A stretch of DNA of 64,000 nt from Phoronis australis (Eukaryota > Animalia > Phoronida). Below, one piece after another: positions 1 to 11,800 of this stretch. Below the pieces are notes generated by a model, which was given only the letters and a program-made list of their open reading frames with translations, had not been told where the DNA came from and made no database searches. The stretch lies in assembly GCA_002633005.1 (NCBI GenBank), contig NMRA01000522.1:8897-72896 (forward strand), read 5' to 3'. The translations under genes and the position numbers were made by a program. The number at the start of each line of letters is the position of its first letter. Within the stretch, counting starts at the first letter, position 1.

Positions 1-3000
1 AGCTTTTAAATGTTAGGTTGTTTTATTATAAAAAAACTCTTAAAAGATTCCACCTAGTTAAGCCAAATGTAACAAACAATTTTCAATCATAGCTAGCCCA
101 AATGTTTATTAGTTCAACAGGAAATTCAGGGAGACCATTTTATTCATATATACAGCTGGACTTGTCGCAATGCCGTTCGCGGGGGAGGCGTGCAACTGAC
201 ATGGCTCATGCCTGACTCAGCTGACAAGTCTTACACCACCAGTCTTACAACTTTTCATTGGGTAAGGAGGTATACATACAATACGTTTGTTGATACTAAT
301 GACAATTTATATACTTAAGAGTTCGATTATTTAAGCTTTGAAACGCACAGTTTTATATTTTAGCGAATTCTTTTTAATGTGTATGTTATGACATATGACT
401 TCCGTGTGTAACATGGAGTTGTATATAGCCTTTCTAAATTAGAATTTTTAAGCTGAGTGTCTTCTGGTCTTGATGTTTGGGCTGATTACTCTTAATCTTG
501 CAGCCAGGGTTCATTACCCCTAGTCACCAATAAAGTTTTGTGTAACAAAATTGCATTCAAGAAAATGAATGTGAAATAGCCTACTTTGAATATTAGCTTG
601 GCCAAATAATCGTGGAGAGTGGCAAAAGCATCGAAAATTCATAAATGTAGAGACCCGAATAAGCTTCGTATAGACTGGAAACGAGTCGGAAATAAATAAT
701 ATGTTGACTAAATTGTCTCCATAGTCGTGGTGTTCGTTACTTATAACTCCATGTGTGTACATATGCATGTTTCATTTGATTTTATTTGCTATATTTTGAG
801 ATGAGTGTCAGAATAAAATATTGATTAAGTAATTTGTAAGAATAGATACATTTTAAGTTGCCCAAAATTTGTGCTCACTTTTAAGTCATGGGGTCAAACT
901 TGTTGACATGTACTTTAACGTCAAAATCTATTTTTAGATGGTGTTTACAACTTTGGGTTCTGGGTTCAAAGCACTCTAGAGATTCTAGAAATTTCTGAGA
1001 ATAAATCGTAACAGCCAATGATATGATTAGATAAGATGATGTGGTTTTTATTAGCCAATCACTAAATAAGTACAATATAATAATCTGGGCTACAATCAAG
1101 AAGATATTCAGATGCGCTATAGTAGTTGAAGCATAAAGACTTGCTACAAGGCGCGCATTTCATTCAGTTACTGAAACGTATCGAAATTGTACGACAGAAC
1201 CTTCTCGTGGAAGATTCTAGAGAGGATCTTGGCAAGGGCAAGGGTTAACGAACAGGAAGTTAACTAAGAGCTTGTCACTTGTATCGTGGGTAGTAAGATA
1301 CATGTACTGCCTGAAGTTTTGCATCACCAGAGACTATGAGCAGCAAGAAAAATCGTGGGTAGAAGAAACTGCCTGCAAGTGTTGCGTCACCAGAGACTGA
1401 CCAGCAAGTGCACTGTCATAATACAGTGTGTGTAGTTCGAAGATTCACCAACAGGACAGTCATCCAACAAGTGGATAGCAGATAAGACATTATTTGATTA
1501 TTTTGATTGATTGATTCAAGTAATCTTCAAAGAGGGCGTTACTCTTCTTTGTAGTTGATTACATAATTAACAACAGGTTTCACATTTAGTGTAATCATAT
1601 AATAAATTATATACTGGATTTAATCATTCTCTCTCCGTCNNNNNNNNNNNNNNNNNNNNNNNNNNNNNNNNNNNNNNNNNNNNNNNNNNNNNNNNNNNNN
1701 NNNNNNNNNNNNNNNNNNNNNNNNNNNNNNNNNNNNNNNNNNNNNNNNNNNNNNNNNNNNNNNNNNNNNNNNNNNNNNNNNNNNNNNNNAGCTGAGTCAG
1801 CGACCAACCCATCCGGTGCATCCACACATGTTTTGATGATCTCTGTAGTAAACAAGATTGCGTAATGGTCATTCACAGAAACATTGCCTAAAGACAGCTG
1901 ACCATTACCATATATGGCAAACACAACAGAGTAGTTCAGATGATTGTTGTGAAAGTTTTTAGAGTTGCTTCCTGTTATTTTCCTGTAGAATATTGAATCA
2001 TAAAGTTTGGTGCATGCAACCCACATATTTGTGACTTGTACATAAATCCGTTCACTTGTCTAATAAAGACAGTCCTCATCTTGCTACTGCCAGTTGCTTT
2101 ACTAGTGTAATTGAGTGTTCCACACTTAGTTACTGAATACAACCATCTCACTGACAGACCGAGACTGTCCACAACACAACGCTGCTACTAAGTCGAGTTA
2201 TTCTCCACTATTTTACTACAACTTCTGATTCTCAATCAACAAAATGACCTGACTTAACAAGCAAGTCTGTAAACTCGAGTACACCCGATTGTTAGACACA
2301 TCCTGATAAGTATGTTTATATCATTTGATCACTTAGTTAACTATCAACTTTATAGCAACAATGTCATAGTTGAATCTCTTTATACTGAAATACCTGTGAG
2401 GATAGATGTCCATGGCTACCATAAGAGGGTTTTCAGATTTTTCACACTCGCAGTCTTACAAATACTATATGGTGTCCCGGCCAGTGCTGGCCTGGTCTGT
2501 CTTCATTGGTTGTCCTCGGAGGTAGCACCTCTCAGCCCTCAGTACAGTTTACCGTCTTGTTCTAAAAACTTGTTTTTTGTATGGAGAATATGCGAGGCTC
2601 GCAATAAAGGCTGCTTCATTCACTTTATCATAAGGGCAATATACATGCCAACTGGTGAAAATGCAGGAGTTTTAGACTTGTGAGGTTGTGGGTTTTATTT
2701 TCTGTTTTAAGTAGAAAAAAGTTGTTTTTTTTTCAACAAACAAACAAAATCTCAAAGGTACAAGTTTGATAAATTAGATATCTTTGCAGTGAATTTTCTG
2801 GGAGTGTCTCCGTCCGCAGTCACCATCTGGTTATATTCTTCTCTTAAGATGGAATTAGACGGCATAAAAACCAAATGAAGAAGCTATCAAGAGCTTTTAT
2901 AAAACTGCAATTCACCAGATGTTAATTCTGATGCGTGTCACCTGGTGACTAACCAGGAGGACTAGTGTCTGAAAATTAATACATTATTGCATGAAAATGA

Positions 3001-3539
3001 TGGAAATTATGTTGTTGTACAAGCACCTTCTACAGCTCCCCCTTTTGTTTGATACAGCTAGTGTGATATGGATGTACATGTGATGCAGTTACAACAAATA
3101 TGATCATCAAATGTTGAATACAACCAGTTGCCAAAGAAGGTACATCCTCCAAAATGATATTTGACTATAGCATGCAGCTAAACAATTAAGATACCCACCC
3201 TTTTGCATGAATCAGTAAAATGGATCTTTTTGTAGAATGTCACGCTTCTATAAAAACACAATTACCAGTTTGGTGTTAAAAAATTGCCTTTCAGACGGGA
3301 TACATGATAAGAAAAGATATGGGGTTAAAGATTTAGTTTTGAAAAAAGCATCATATAAGAAATACACAATTTGACAGGTAACAAACTCGTATCACAATTG
3401 AGATGATGCATTTCGCTAGATTGAGATCGTGTTTTGTGTAGGTTTTTTGAAATAAATGTAGTTGATATCAATGTAGACAAATTATCTCCTTTTCAGAAAA
3501 TTCAACTTTGCTGCCTTAACCATGAATTAAGTCACATAT

Positions 3540-3965
3540 AATGTCTACACTTGTGTTCATCTCTATTCTCATGTTCAGCATAATGTTTACACTTGTGTTC
3601 ATGCCTTTTCTCATGTTCAGTATGATGTCTACACCTGTGTTCATGTCTATTCGCATGTTTAGTATGATGTCTACACTTGTTTTCATGTCTATTCTCATGT
3701 TTAGTATAATGTCTACACTTGTGTTCATGACTATTTTCATGTTCAGCATAATATCTACACTTGCGTTCATGTCTATTCTCATGTTTAGTATGATGTCTAC
3801 ACTTGTGTTCATGTTTATCTCATGTTTAGTATGATGTCTACACTGTGTTTATGTCTATTCTCATGTTTAGTATAATGTCTACACCTGTGTTCATGTCCAT
3901 TCTAATGTTTAATATGATGTCTACACTTGTGTTCATGTCTATTCATATGTTAAGTATGATGTCAT
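3540..3965. repeat. 42-bp minisatellite, ~10 copies
   Basis: Unit ~TGATGTCTACACTTGTGTTCATGTCTATTCTCATGTTTAGTA; causes the 14-aa periodic ORFs. Confidence 0.92.
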
Positions 3966-4117
3966 TATGAAATGGGATGTTGAACAGTATTATTTTAAAT
4001 GGTCATTAACACACATTCCATCACAAAAGCAACTTTTGATTTTGACCATTTACCTTTATGAGATTGGTTTCAAAATTTCCCTTAGTAAAAGTGCTTTAAA
4101 AGAACAGAAAGTTCATT

Positions 4118-4520
4118 GTTGGTTGAGACACAGCTCTACAAGTTGGTTGAGACAAGGCTCTATAGGTTGGTTGAGACAAGGCTCTTCAAGGTGGTTGAGA
4201 CAAGGCTCTACAAGTTGTGTTGAGACAAGGCTCTACAAGTTGTGTTGAGACAAGGCTCTGCAAGTTGTGTTGAGACAAGGCTCTGCAAGTTGTGTTGAGA
4301 CAAGGCTCTGCAAGTTGTGTTGAGACAAGGCTCTACAAGTAGGTTGAGACAAGGCTCTACAAGTTGGTTGAGAAAAGGCTCTACAAGTTGTTGTGTTGAG
4401 ACAAGGCTCTGCAAGTTGTGTTGAGACAAGGCTCTGCAAGTTGTGTTGAGACAAGGTTCTACAAGTTGTGTTGAGACAAGGCTCTACAATTTGGTTGAGA
4501 CAAGGCTCTACAAGTTGGTT
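4118..4520. repeat. 24-25-bp minisatellite, ~16 copies
   Basis: Unit G(T)GTTGAGACAAGGCTCTACAAGTT. Confidence 0.92.
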
Positions 4521-4663
4521 GCTTATGAGAAGTTAGTTTATACCTGAACATGATCTCAAAAAAACACAGAAACATGTTGAGACCAGTTTTATAGTGATAA
4601 ATTGTCTTAATCAAAAGTGTGCTTCTTGGATGGAATGTGGGTTTCTAGGTACTTTAAAGCTGT

Positions 4664-7282
4664 TAGTCAAGTTTGTTGTGTATTTTTTGGGGAAAGTGGA
4701 AACTATACATTTTTGGAAACCTCATGGAATGACAAATCAGAAAATAATTGATTCCGTTAGTTTGGCGGCCATCTTGGTGGCCATCTTGGATTTTCAAAAA
4801 AGGCGCCGGTAAAATGGATTTTGCCCAATATCTCTGCTTTTGGGTCACTTAGAATGTTGGTTTTTATGGCTACACCTGCATTTCTCTGGTCAAGGAATTG
4901 GAAATTTTAATTTTATTGGCTGCCGTCTTGGATTTTTAAAAATGGCACCCGTAAAATACATTTTCCTCTGTATCTTTGCTCTTGGGTCACTTTGAATGTT
5001 AGTTTTTTAAAACTGACTGCACCCACATTTTTGTGGTCAAGAAATCTGAAAATGCAACTTATTAATCATAATCAAAACCTCATTTATTAGCAGCCTCATT
5101 TTCTAAATACATTCTTCATGTAATCCGACACATGATCACTATCTTACTTTCTTGTATATTTTGTTTGGAGCTTGTTTCCTTCAAGACACTTAAACTAAAC
5201 AATTACCTAAACAAATTATTACGTTTGAAGAACACGGGAATATGTTTTTTGTAGTGTCAATAGTCTTTCAAAACTTTGAAATCAGTCTATAGATCATTAC
5301 TATAGCCATCACCAGGAATCACATCATCATCACCATTCTGACATTCTGCACTAGACTGACATCGATCTGCGTAAGATAGGTCCTGTGATCGGCAAGAGCA
5401 TCTTTGGGAAGAGGAATTGTTTTTGCACTGGCATCAAACCATCTCAATGATAGCCTCTGGCGCCGGAAGCTCCTCAGTTGTGAGGGTTTCAGCTGGTGAT
5501 CTTTGTCCTTGTAAATTCATTCTGCAATGGGTCAAGGAACTCCTGTCAAGCAATGACCGCCTGGCCCCTCACTCTGGCTTGAATAAATACCCTCAGCACA
5601 TGCTGTTTCAAAGCACCAGTGGTTGGTAGACGTTTGTCGCTGTCAGTTATATGTTTACAAAAGAGGTACCATCTCAGCTCTGGGATGCTATTTGTGTCTA
5701 TACCCTGTGGTGAGTATGCACATGTAAAAGGGGCTAATGTGAGAAGAGGTTCGCCTGTTACTTCATAAGCAGTACAAAAAGTCTGCTGTGCATTGATATC
5801 ATCGGTGTTTGCTTTCAAAATATATATTCAACCTACGGAATAGACCAGTGTTGTCTATCCATGTAAAAGCATGGAAAGCAGGAAGAGCCTTTGCCCGGAC
5901 CCCACCTAATACTGTTCGCATTGGTTTTACGTGAAGTGATGCCAGAACTGCATGATGTACAGTGTATGGGCAATATATCTGCTTTTTCGTGGTCGTTTTC
6001 TTCTATGCGTAGATCACGTCGGTTGCTCTTTGTGCATCCTGAAGCTGAAGTAATGGCTATCTTGGCAGAGTCTATATTATATTCAAGTGTCTTTGTAGAC
6101 AGATATTTAGTAAGTTGAGCCTTTTTTGGTCATGGGAGAGCTAGGAAACGGCTCATTGGGATGTTTCCGTACGTAAGTCTCATCTCTTATCTGGTACTGT
6201 ACTTGACCCTTTCTCTGCCTCCTTTTTCTCTTGTGGCTTGTTTCAAAGAGTTGTCTTTGTGGGTGTCAAAAACCAGAATGATATTGTCATAATCTCTAGT
6301 TAAGAAAATCACTTCCATACTATTCACAAGTGCAGTTCTGTGGCTTGGGTGAACACACTCGTTGGATGTTGTTTACATGTTCTCTGAAACTAAAACCTCT
6401 CTGTTCTAAGACGCCTGCTTCGGAAAGTTTCTGCAAACAGTGGATTCTATTTGATTTGTCTGTGCATCACAGCACTGCCCCACTGGCAGCCAAGATTGCT
6501 CCTGGTATTAGGGTGAATTCATGGTGGCTGATAGCAGGTTTCTGGTCGATTTGCCCAGCAGGCTCCAACTCCTGTTGTTCTCGTCATTGATCCTCAGCCT
6601 GGTTACTAACAAACTTATCTTCCATCCGACTGTCAAAGGCAAACTGCATTTCCATTGAGTAGAGGAGAACTGGATTCCAAAGTGAACAGTGGAAATAATA
6701 TTGAAATCTTTAAAAGATATGTTTCAAATGTCTTTTCAAAAAGATATAGATATTCCTTGTAAATAAAGGTTATTATGCGTTTCTGTGATTCCTTTAAATA
6801 TTCTGGGGGTTCGTAGCTGCTATTAAAATCATTTAGATTATATGTATCATTTTAGAAATAGTGTTTTTCAATTCCTTACCCCACAATATATGGGTGCAGC
6901 CATTAAAACTAACATTCTAAGTGACCCATGAGCAGAGATACTGAGAAAAAATGTATTTTACGGGCTCCATTTTTGAAATTTCAAGATGGCTGTCAAGATG
7001 GCCGCCAGTAAAATTAAAATTTCCAAGTCATTGACCTCAGAACTGCAGGTGTAGCCATAAAAACTAACATTCTCAGTGACCCAATGGCGAATACATTGGG
7101 CAAAATCTATTTTACCATTGCCATTTTTTAAAATCCAAGATGGCCACCGAGATGGCCACAGAAAAAATGGAATCAGTTATTTTCTGATTTGTCATTCCAT
7201 GAGGTTTCCAAAAATGTATAGTTTCCACTTTCCCACAAAAATTCCAACGAATGTCAAGATTTGCACATATTGAACCTGACTA
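4664..7282 (-). mobile_element. Decayed AcademX-like DNA transposon (XPG/PIN-like nuclease plus C-terminal Cys cluster)
   Basis: ~400-bp imperfect TIRs (4664-~5050 / ~6870-7282), TAG...CTA termini, tgt/tat flanks; disrupted minus-strand coding remnants ALPAFHAFT-x-x-DNTG, LPTTGALKQHVLRVFIQA, CQCK...RCSCR. Confidence 0.75.
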
Positions 7283-8756
7283 TATAGCAAAAAAATGCAG
7301 AATCAACATTTTTAAATTAGCAATATGCTGTTTGAAATCAAAGGTGTTATTCAAATACTTTAAGAATTAGTAAATGATGTAAAACTGACTGCTTTGTACC
7401 ATTCTGGTGAACACTTACTGACTTTGAATATTTCTGTCTCTGCCAGTTGACAATAGATGGCATCATTCATTTCCAAGTAGTTTCAGATCAAAAGAACTGG
7501 AAAAAAATTATTTGTCGACAGAGTTTAAGTCTTAAACTTTCATCTATGTATTAAATACATTATTCTTCCCCCAAGTTGTATTTTTGTGTGAGAAATTTAC
7601 AAATAGTGTGTACTCTTTCGCTTGTCTGTCTTTAAACTAGTATTAAAGGTATTCTAGTATTAATGATGATTCTATCAAAAATTAAATTTAGCAGCCATTA
7701 TTTCCACCAAGAGATGTTTTTATTTTAATCCATCAAAGGCTATTTGTTACCATTTCAGGCATTTAGCATAATTAATTTTCATGAATTTCTCACAAGTAGG
7801 GAGTTTCTTTTCACTGCCACCATGTGGCGTGACTGCAGAAAGCCTAGGACATAGACTACAGTTGAACGGAAGAAAATTGAAAATTAGTTTGAGCTTTTTG
7901 CTATAAATGTTAAAGCCTACAGTAAATCTGGCCTACAATCATCAAAACAAGGAAATTTATATAATGGAGATCTTTAAATGGGTTGACTGTAAATTTTGAA
8001 GTTTTAATTGTAAGTTGCTTTTTGAAAAAAATGCTGACAGTGGTCCTCTTTCTATCCCTGCAAATTTTGTGAGTTATTTCTTATGCAAAATATTGAAATT
8101 TAGAGGTTTTAGATAAAAAGATTGTATTTTCTGTTTCTGTAGCAAGTTGTGAAGAACGATGTAGAGGTGTATCTTTTGTATAAGTCAAAACTGTTTTTAT
8201 GTCAGTGAAATACTTTCACCTTCACAGTAATTTACTATCTGCATAGCGAGAGTTGAGGTCTCACTCAATACATTTGCCATGGTGTCTTACTGTCTGTGAA
8301 TAATAATGAGCTATAGACTTGGATGATAATCTGGTGCATAATGTTATAACAACACCAATCAATACTGATGGAATCGGCACATTCCAGTGTTCTACATTCA
8401 GCTTGTAATGTATGAAGATTGTGAACGACTGGGTTTTGCTATAGGAATCTTTGGCCTGGCTTTTTTCTATTCTAGTATCTCTTATTATCACTGATAATGT
8501 AGTTAGTGTGATGGTTGGTAGCTATTTATGATGTCTATGGTCACACACCATCACAGCTGAATACAAGCTGCAGCTACTGTGGGTTATTCTGTGATTGTTC
8601 TGCATAAATTATGATGCTGTGGGTGGAGGATCTTGTCTGATGGTTGCTGATCTCACAAACTTTTTGGACTGATTCCACTGGTTTGAGATGTACCTCTGGA
8701 TTTTGGTAACTGGAGTTGGTTTATGAGTTGCTTATTAAACTGCATTGGATGAAGTC

Positions 8757-8889
8757 ATGGCCGAGGAAACCATATATTTATGTAATTTCCGTGTCTCTGT
8801 TGATGGTGAATGGCTGTGCTTGCGCGAGTTGGCTGATATGCACATTGAAGTCCCTGCTATGGCTATTACGTCACCCATGTCTGAAGATG
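8757..8889 (+). CDS. RUFY: RUFY coding exon 1 ([28 protein letters not shown]...SED)
   Basis: ATG at 8757 with upstream in-frame TAA at 8736; donor G|GTAAGT, phase 1; motif resembles the recalled vertebrate RUFY3 N-terminus ([22 protein letters not shown]). Confidence 0.9.
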
Positions 8890-11800
8890 GTAAGTTAAAT
8901 GTCATGTGGATGACACTTGATGTCAAAATATGAAGAAATGTGGCACATGGGTGACACTTGGCACCAAGTGTTAATGGCAGTTTCCTTGTTGAAGGTCACA
9001 GATCTTTCAATCTATAAAAAATGAAAACAACAGTGGTGGTCTGAACAAGTTGTGAATATGTCAACTGCTTCAAATATTTAACTGTGGTGACACTTTTCAG
9101 TTGTGATATTTTTACTTGGCGGAAATCTTCGAATTCCGACAAGTATGTTGCTCTGTCGTCAAGTTTTTTGTTTTTTTTGTTCGCACTCTACAGGTCGCAA
9201 TTTTCGTCCGATTCTCGCGAAATTTGCACACGACGTGTAGATCTTTTGTGTTTTTTTTTGTTCGCACTCTACAGGTCGCAATTTTCGTCCGATTCTCACG
9301 AAATTTGCACACGACGTGTAGATCGGAAAGTCCTGGAAGCGTATAGTTTTTGGTCATGATCGGATTCAAAATGGCGGGCGTGGCGGCCATTTTGTTTCCG
9401 ATTTCACATTCAAATGCACATAGAGGCCGCATTTTTTGATGTACAGAGCTGAAACTTGGTACGAATATTATAGAACATGTGCTACAAGTGTGCCAAAAAA
9501 CGTTAACTTCCAGTTAAAGATGGCGGAAATATTGACAATGGCGCATGCGCACCTCAATATCTGGCCAAAAACGTTTTCTCCTGTAGAGGGCGCATTGGCG
9601 AACTTATCACTTTCAAACTGGTCACGTGTTTGTTGCTATTGATTAGCTTTTATAAAATTTTGTTTAACCGGAAGTCACTTTAAAGATGGCGGCTCTGGCG
9701 CACTTTCACCCATTTTCAATCGTTCTGCTGTCGCATTTTTAACGGTAAGAGTAAATGACATGAATTTTTGCATGTGGATTCCTTGAAGTATTTTCTTTCA
9801 AAAGTTTTGCGTCAACGTTTTTCTCAGACTTACCGTTTTCGAGTTATTTGACTCTGAATTTCAAAAAAAACGCAAAATTTCAATTTTTTTGAAAAATTTA
9901 TGGAATGTTGCAAAACTATCAATTTAGATAGAGTTTTGGACGGGCTTTCAGAAGATGTTTTCCATTTTTCGCTACAATGTCTACTTTTTGAATTATTCGA
10001 GATTTTCTTATAGCGCTGCTCCTTTGTTGACAGCTCTTGCTGCACTGATGTTGGTCTAGCTTCTGTTGAACAAGACCATGAAGACATTGCTCATAGAGGC
10101 CGCATTTTTCGACGTGCAGGGCTGAACATTGGTACGATTATTATAGCACACAAGCACTACAACTGCACCATAAATCTTTAATTTCCGGTCAAAGATGGCG
10201 GAAATATCGACAAGGGCGCATGCGCACCTCAATAACTGGCCGAAAACGTTTTCTCCTGTAGAGGGCGCATCGGTGAACCAATCATTTTCAAACTGGTCAC
10301 GTGTTTGTTGCATTCAATCAGCTTTTACAAAATTTCAAACCAGAAGTCATTTTCAAGATAGCGGCTCAGGCGCATTTTCAACCGTTTTTAATGGTTCTAC
10401 GGTCGCATCTTTAACGGGAAGAGCAAATGACGTGAATTTTTGCATGTGGATTCCTTGAAGTATGCTCTTTCAAAAATTCTGCGATAACGTTTTTCTCATT
10501 TTCTCAGACTTACCGTTTTCGAGTTATTTGACTTTGAATTTCAAAAAAAAACCGCCAAATTTCAATTTTTTTGAAAAAATTATGGAATGTTGCAAAACTA
10601 TTGATTTAGATAGAGTTTGGAACGCGCTTTCAGAAGATGTTTTCCATTTTTTGCTAGGACTTCTACTTTTTGAATTATTTGAGATTTTCTGATAGCGCTG
10701 TTCTTTTGTTGAGCGTTCTCACTGCATTGATGTTGGTTTAGTTTATTTGAACAAGACTGTAGCTTATTTCTTACTAATTCATGACATCTAAGTTCGTCAT
10801 GTTAATGTTATGATGTTGTTCATCATTGTCACCTTCATCATCGCAATCATCATCGTCGTTAATTTTGCCTATTGTCGCTCAAGACTGTAGGTAGCACTGA
10901 ACAGTCAAGTCACGGCCACGGAGCATTTTCTAGTCCCTAGAATTTATGTTGAGGGCGTGTTTCAGGTTTGGCGGGTGGTTTGAGGAAATTGTTGACAACA
11001 ATTGCCAGGAAACTTATTTACTTGTGTTTTTGAATGAGAAAAGCTGAGTTTTACCTACTTTTGATGCAAACTGGTGGCTGTCATTTGCTATCAGCCCCTG
11101 TCGTCTGCTGTCCGAGAACCCGGGTGCGATTTCAGGTGGCTGTCAGACAGATCAAATTTGCCAAAAAAAGTAGCTGGTAAGAGGCTTACTAAGACCACAT
11201 AGTTAGAATCTAGTGAGGACGAGCATTCTGAATCTGTAGTCAGACTAGTCAGACTTTTTCTAGCACTTGCAGTGAAGTGGTTATTTCGGGGGGAAAATTG
11301 TCAAATTTGACGTTTTTTGTAAATAGTTTTGTGTGCCGGGATTTTCGTGCCATGTATATTAACCAATGTGCAGTTCGATAGAGTTTTAACTGGCTTTCAT
11401 AAGATATTTTTCATTTTTCGCAAGGACGTCTTAACTTTTCGACTTATTCGAGATTTTCTAATAACGCTGTGCCTTTGTTGACCGATTTGCTGCACAGTGG
11501 TGGGTTTACTGAACAAGACAGTAGCCTATTTCTTACTGATTTCTGACATCTTCGCTAGTCATATGAATGTTATCGTGTTGCTCATAATCCCCACTATCAT
11601 CATCACAATCATCGTCGTCATCATCTCCATCGTCGTCTTTTCGGTTAACTTTGCCAAGTGTCGCTCCTCGGAGCACTCTCGTTGTGCTGTCAGAGGCTCC
11701 TGAAGATTGGCTGCATATCTAGGCAATGTAAACATTTGGGAAAACACTGATAAGTGAAGTCACATTTTACCTACAGCAACGCGGCAGACACACTATGTCC

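Noticed and set aside
170-267. Upstream RUFY coding exon ending at G|GTAAGG (261/262)
   Set aside because: The ATG-led open frame is phase 0 and the phase-1 frame has a stop, so it cannot join exon 2 as coding; a UTR exon cannot be excluded.
1607-2026. ORFs spanning N runs (also 13428-13625 and 17179-17428)
   Set aside because: Lengths are inflated by assembly gaps.
3516-4520. Periodic Met-rich and Cys-rich ORFs
   Set aside because: Derived from the 42-bp and 24-25-bp minisatellites.
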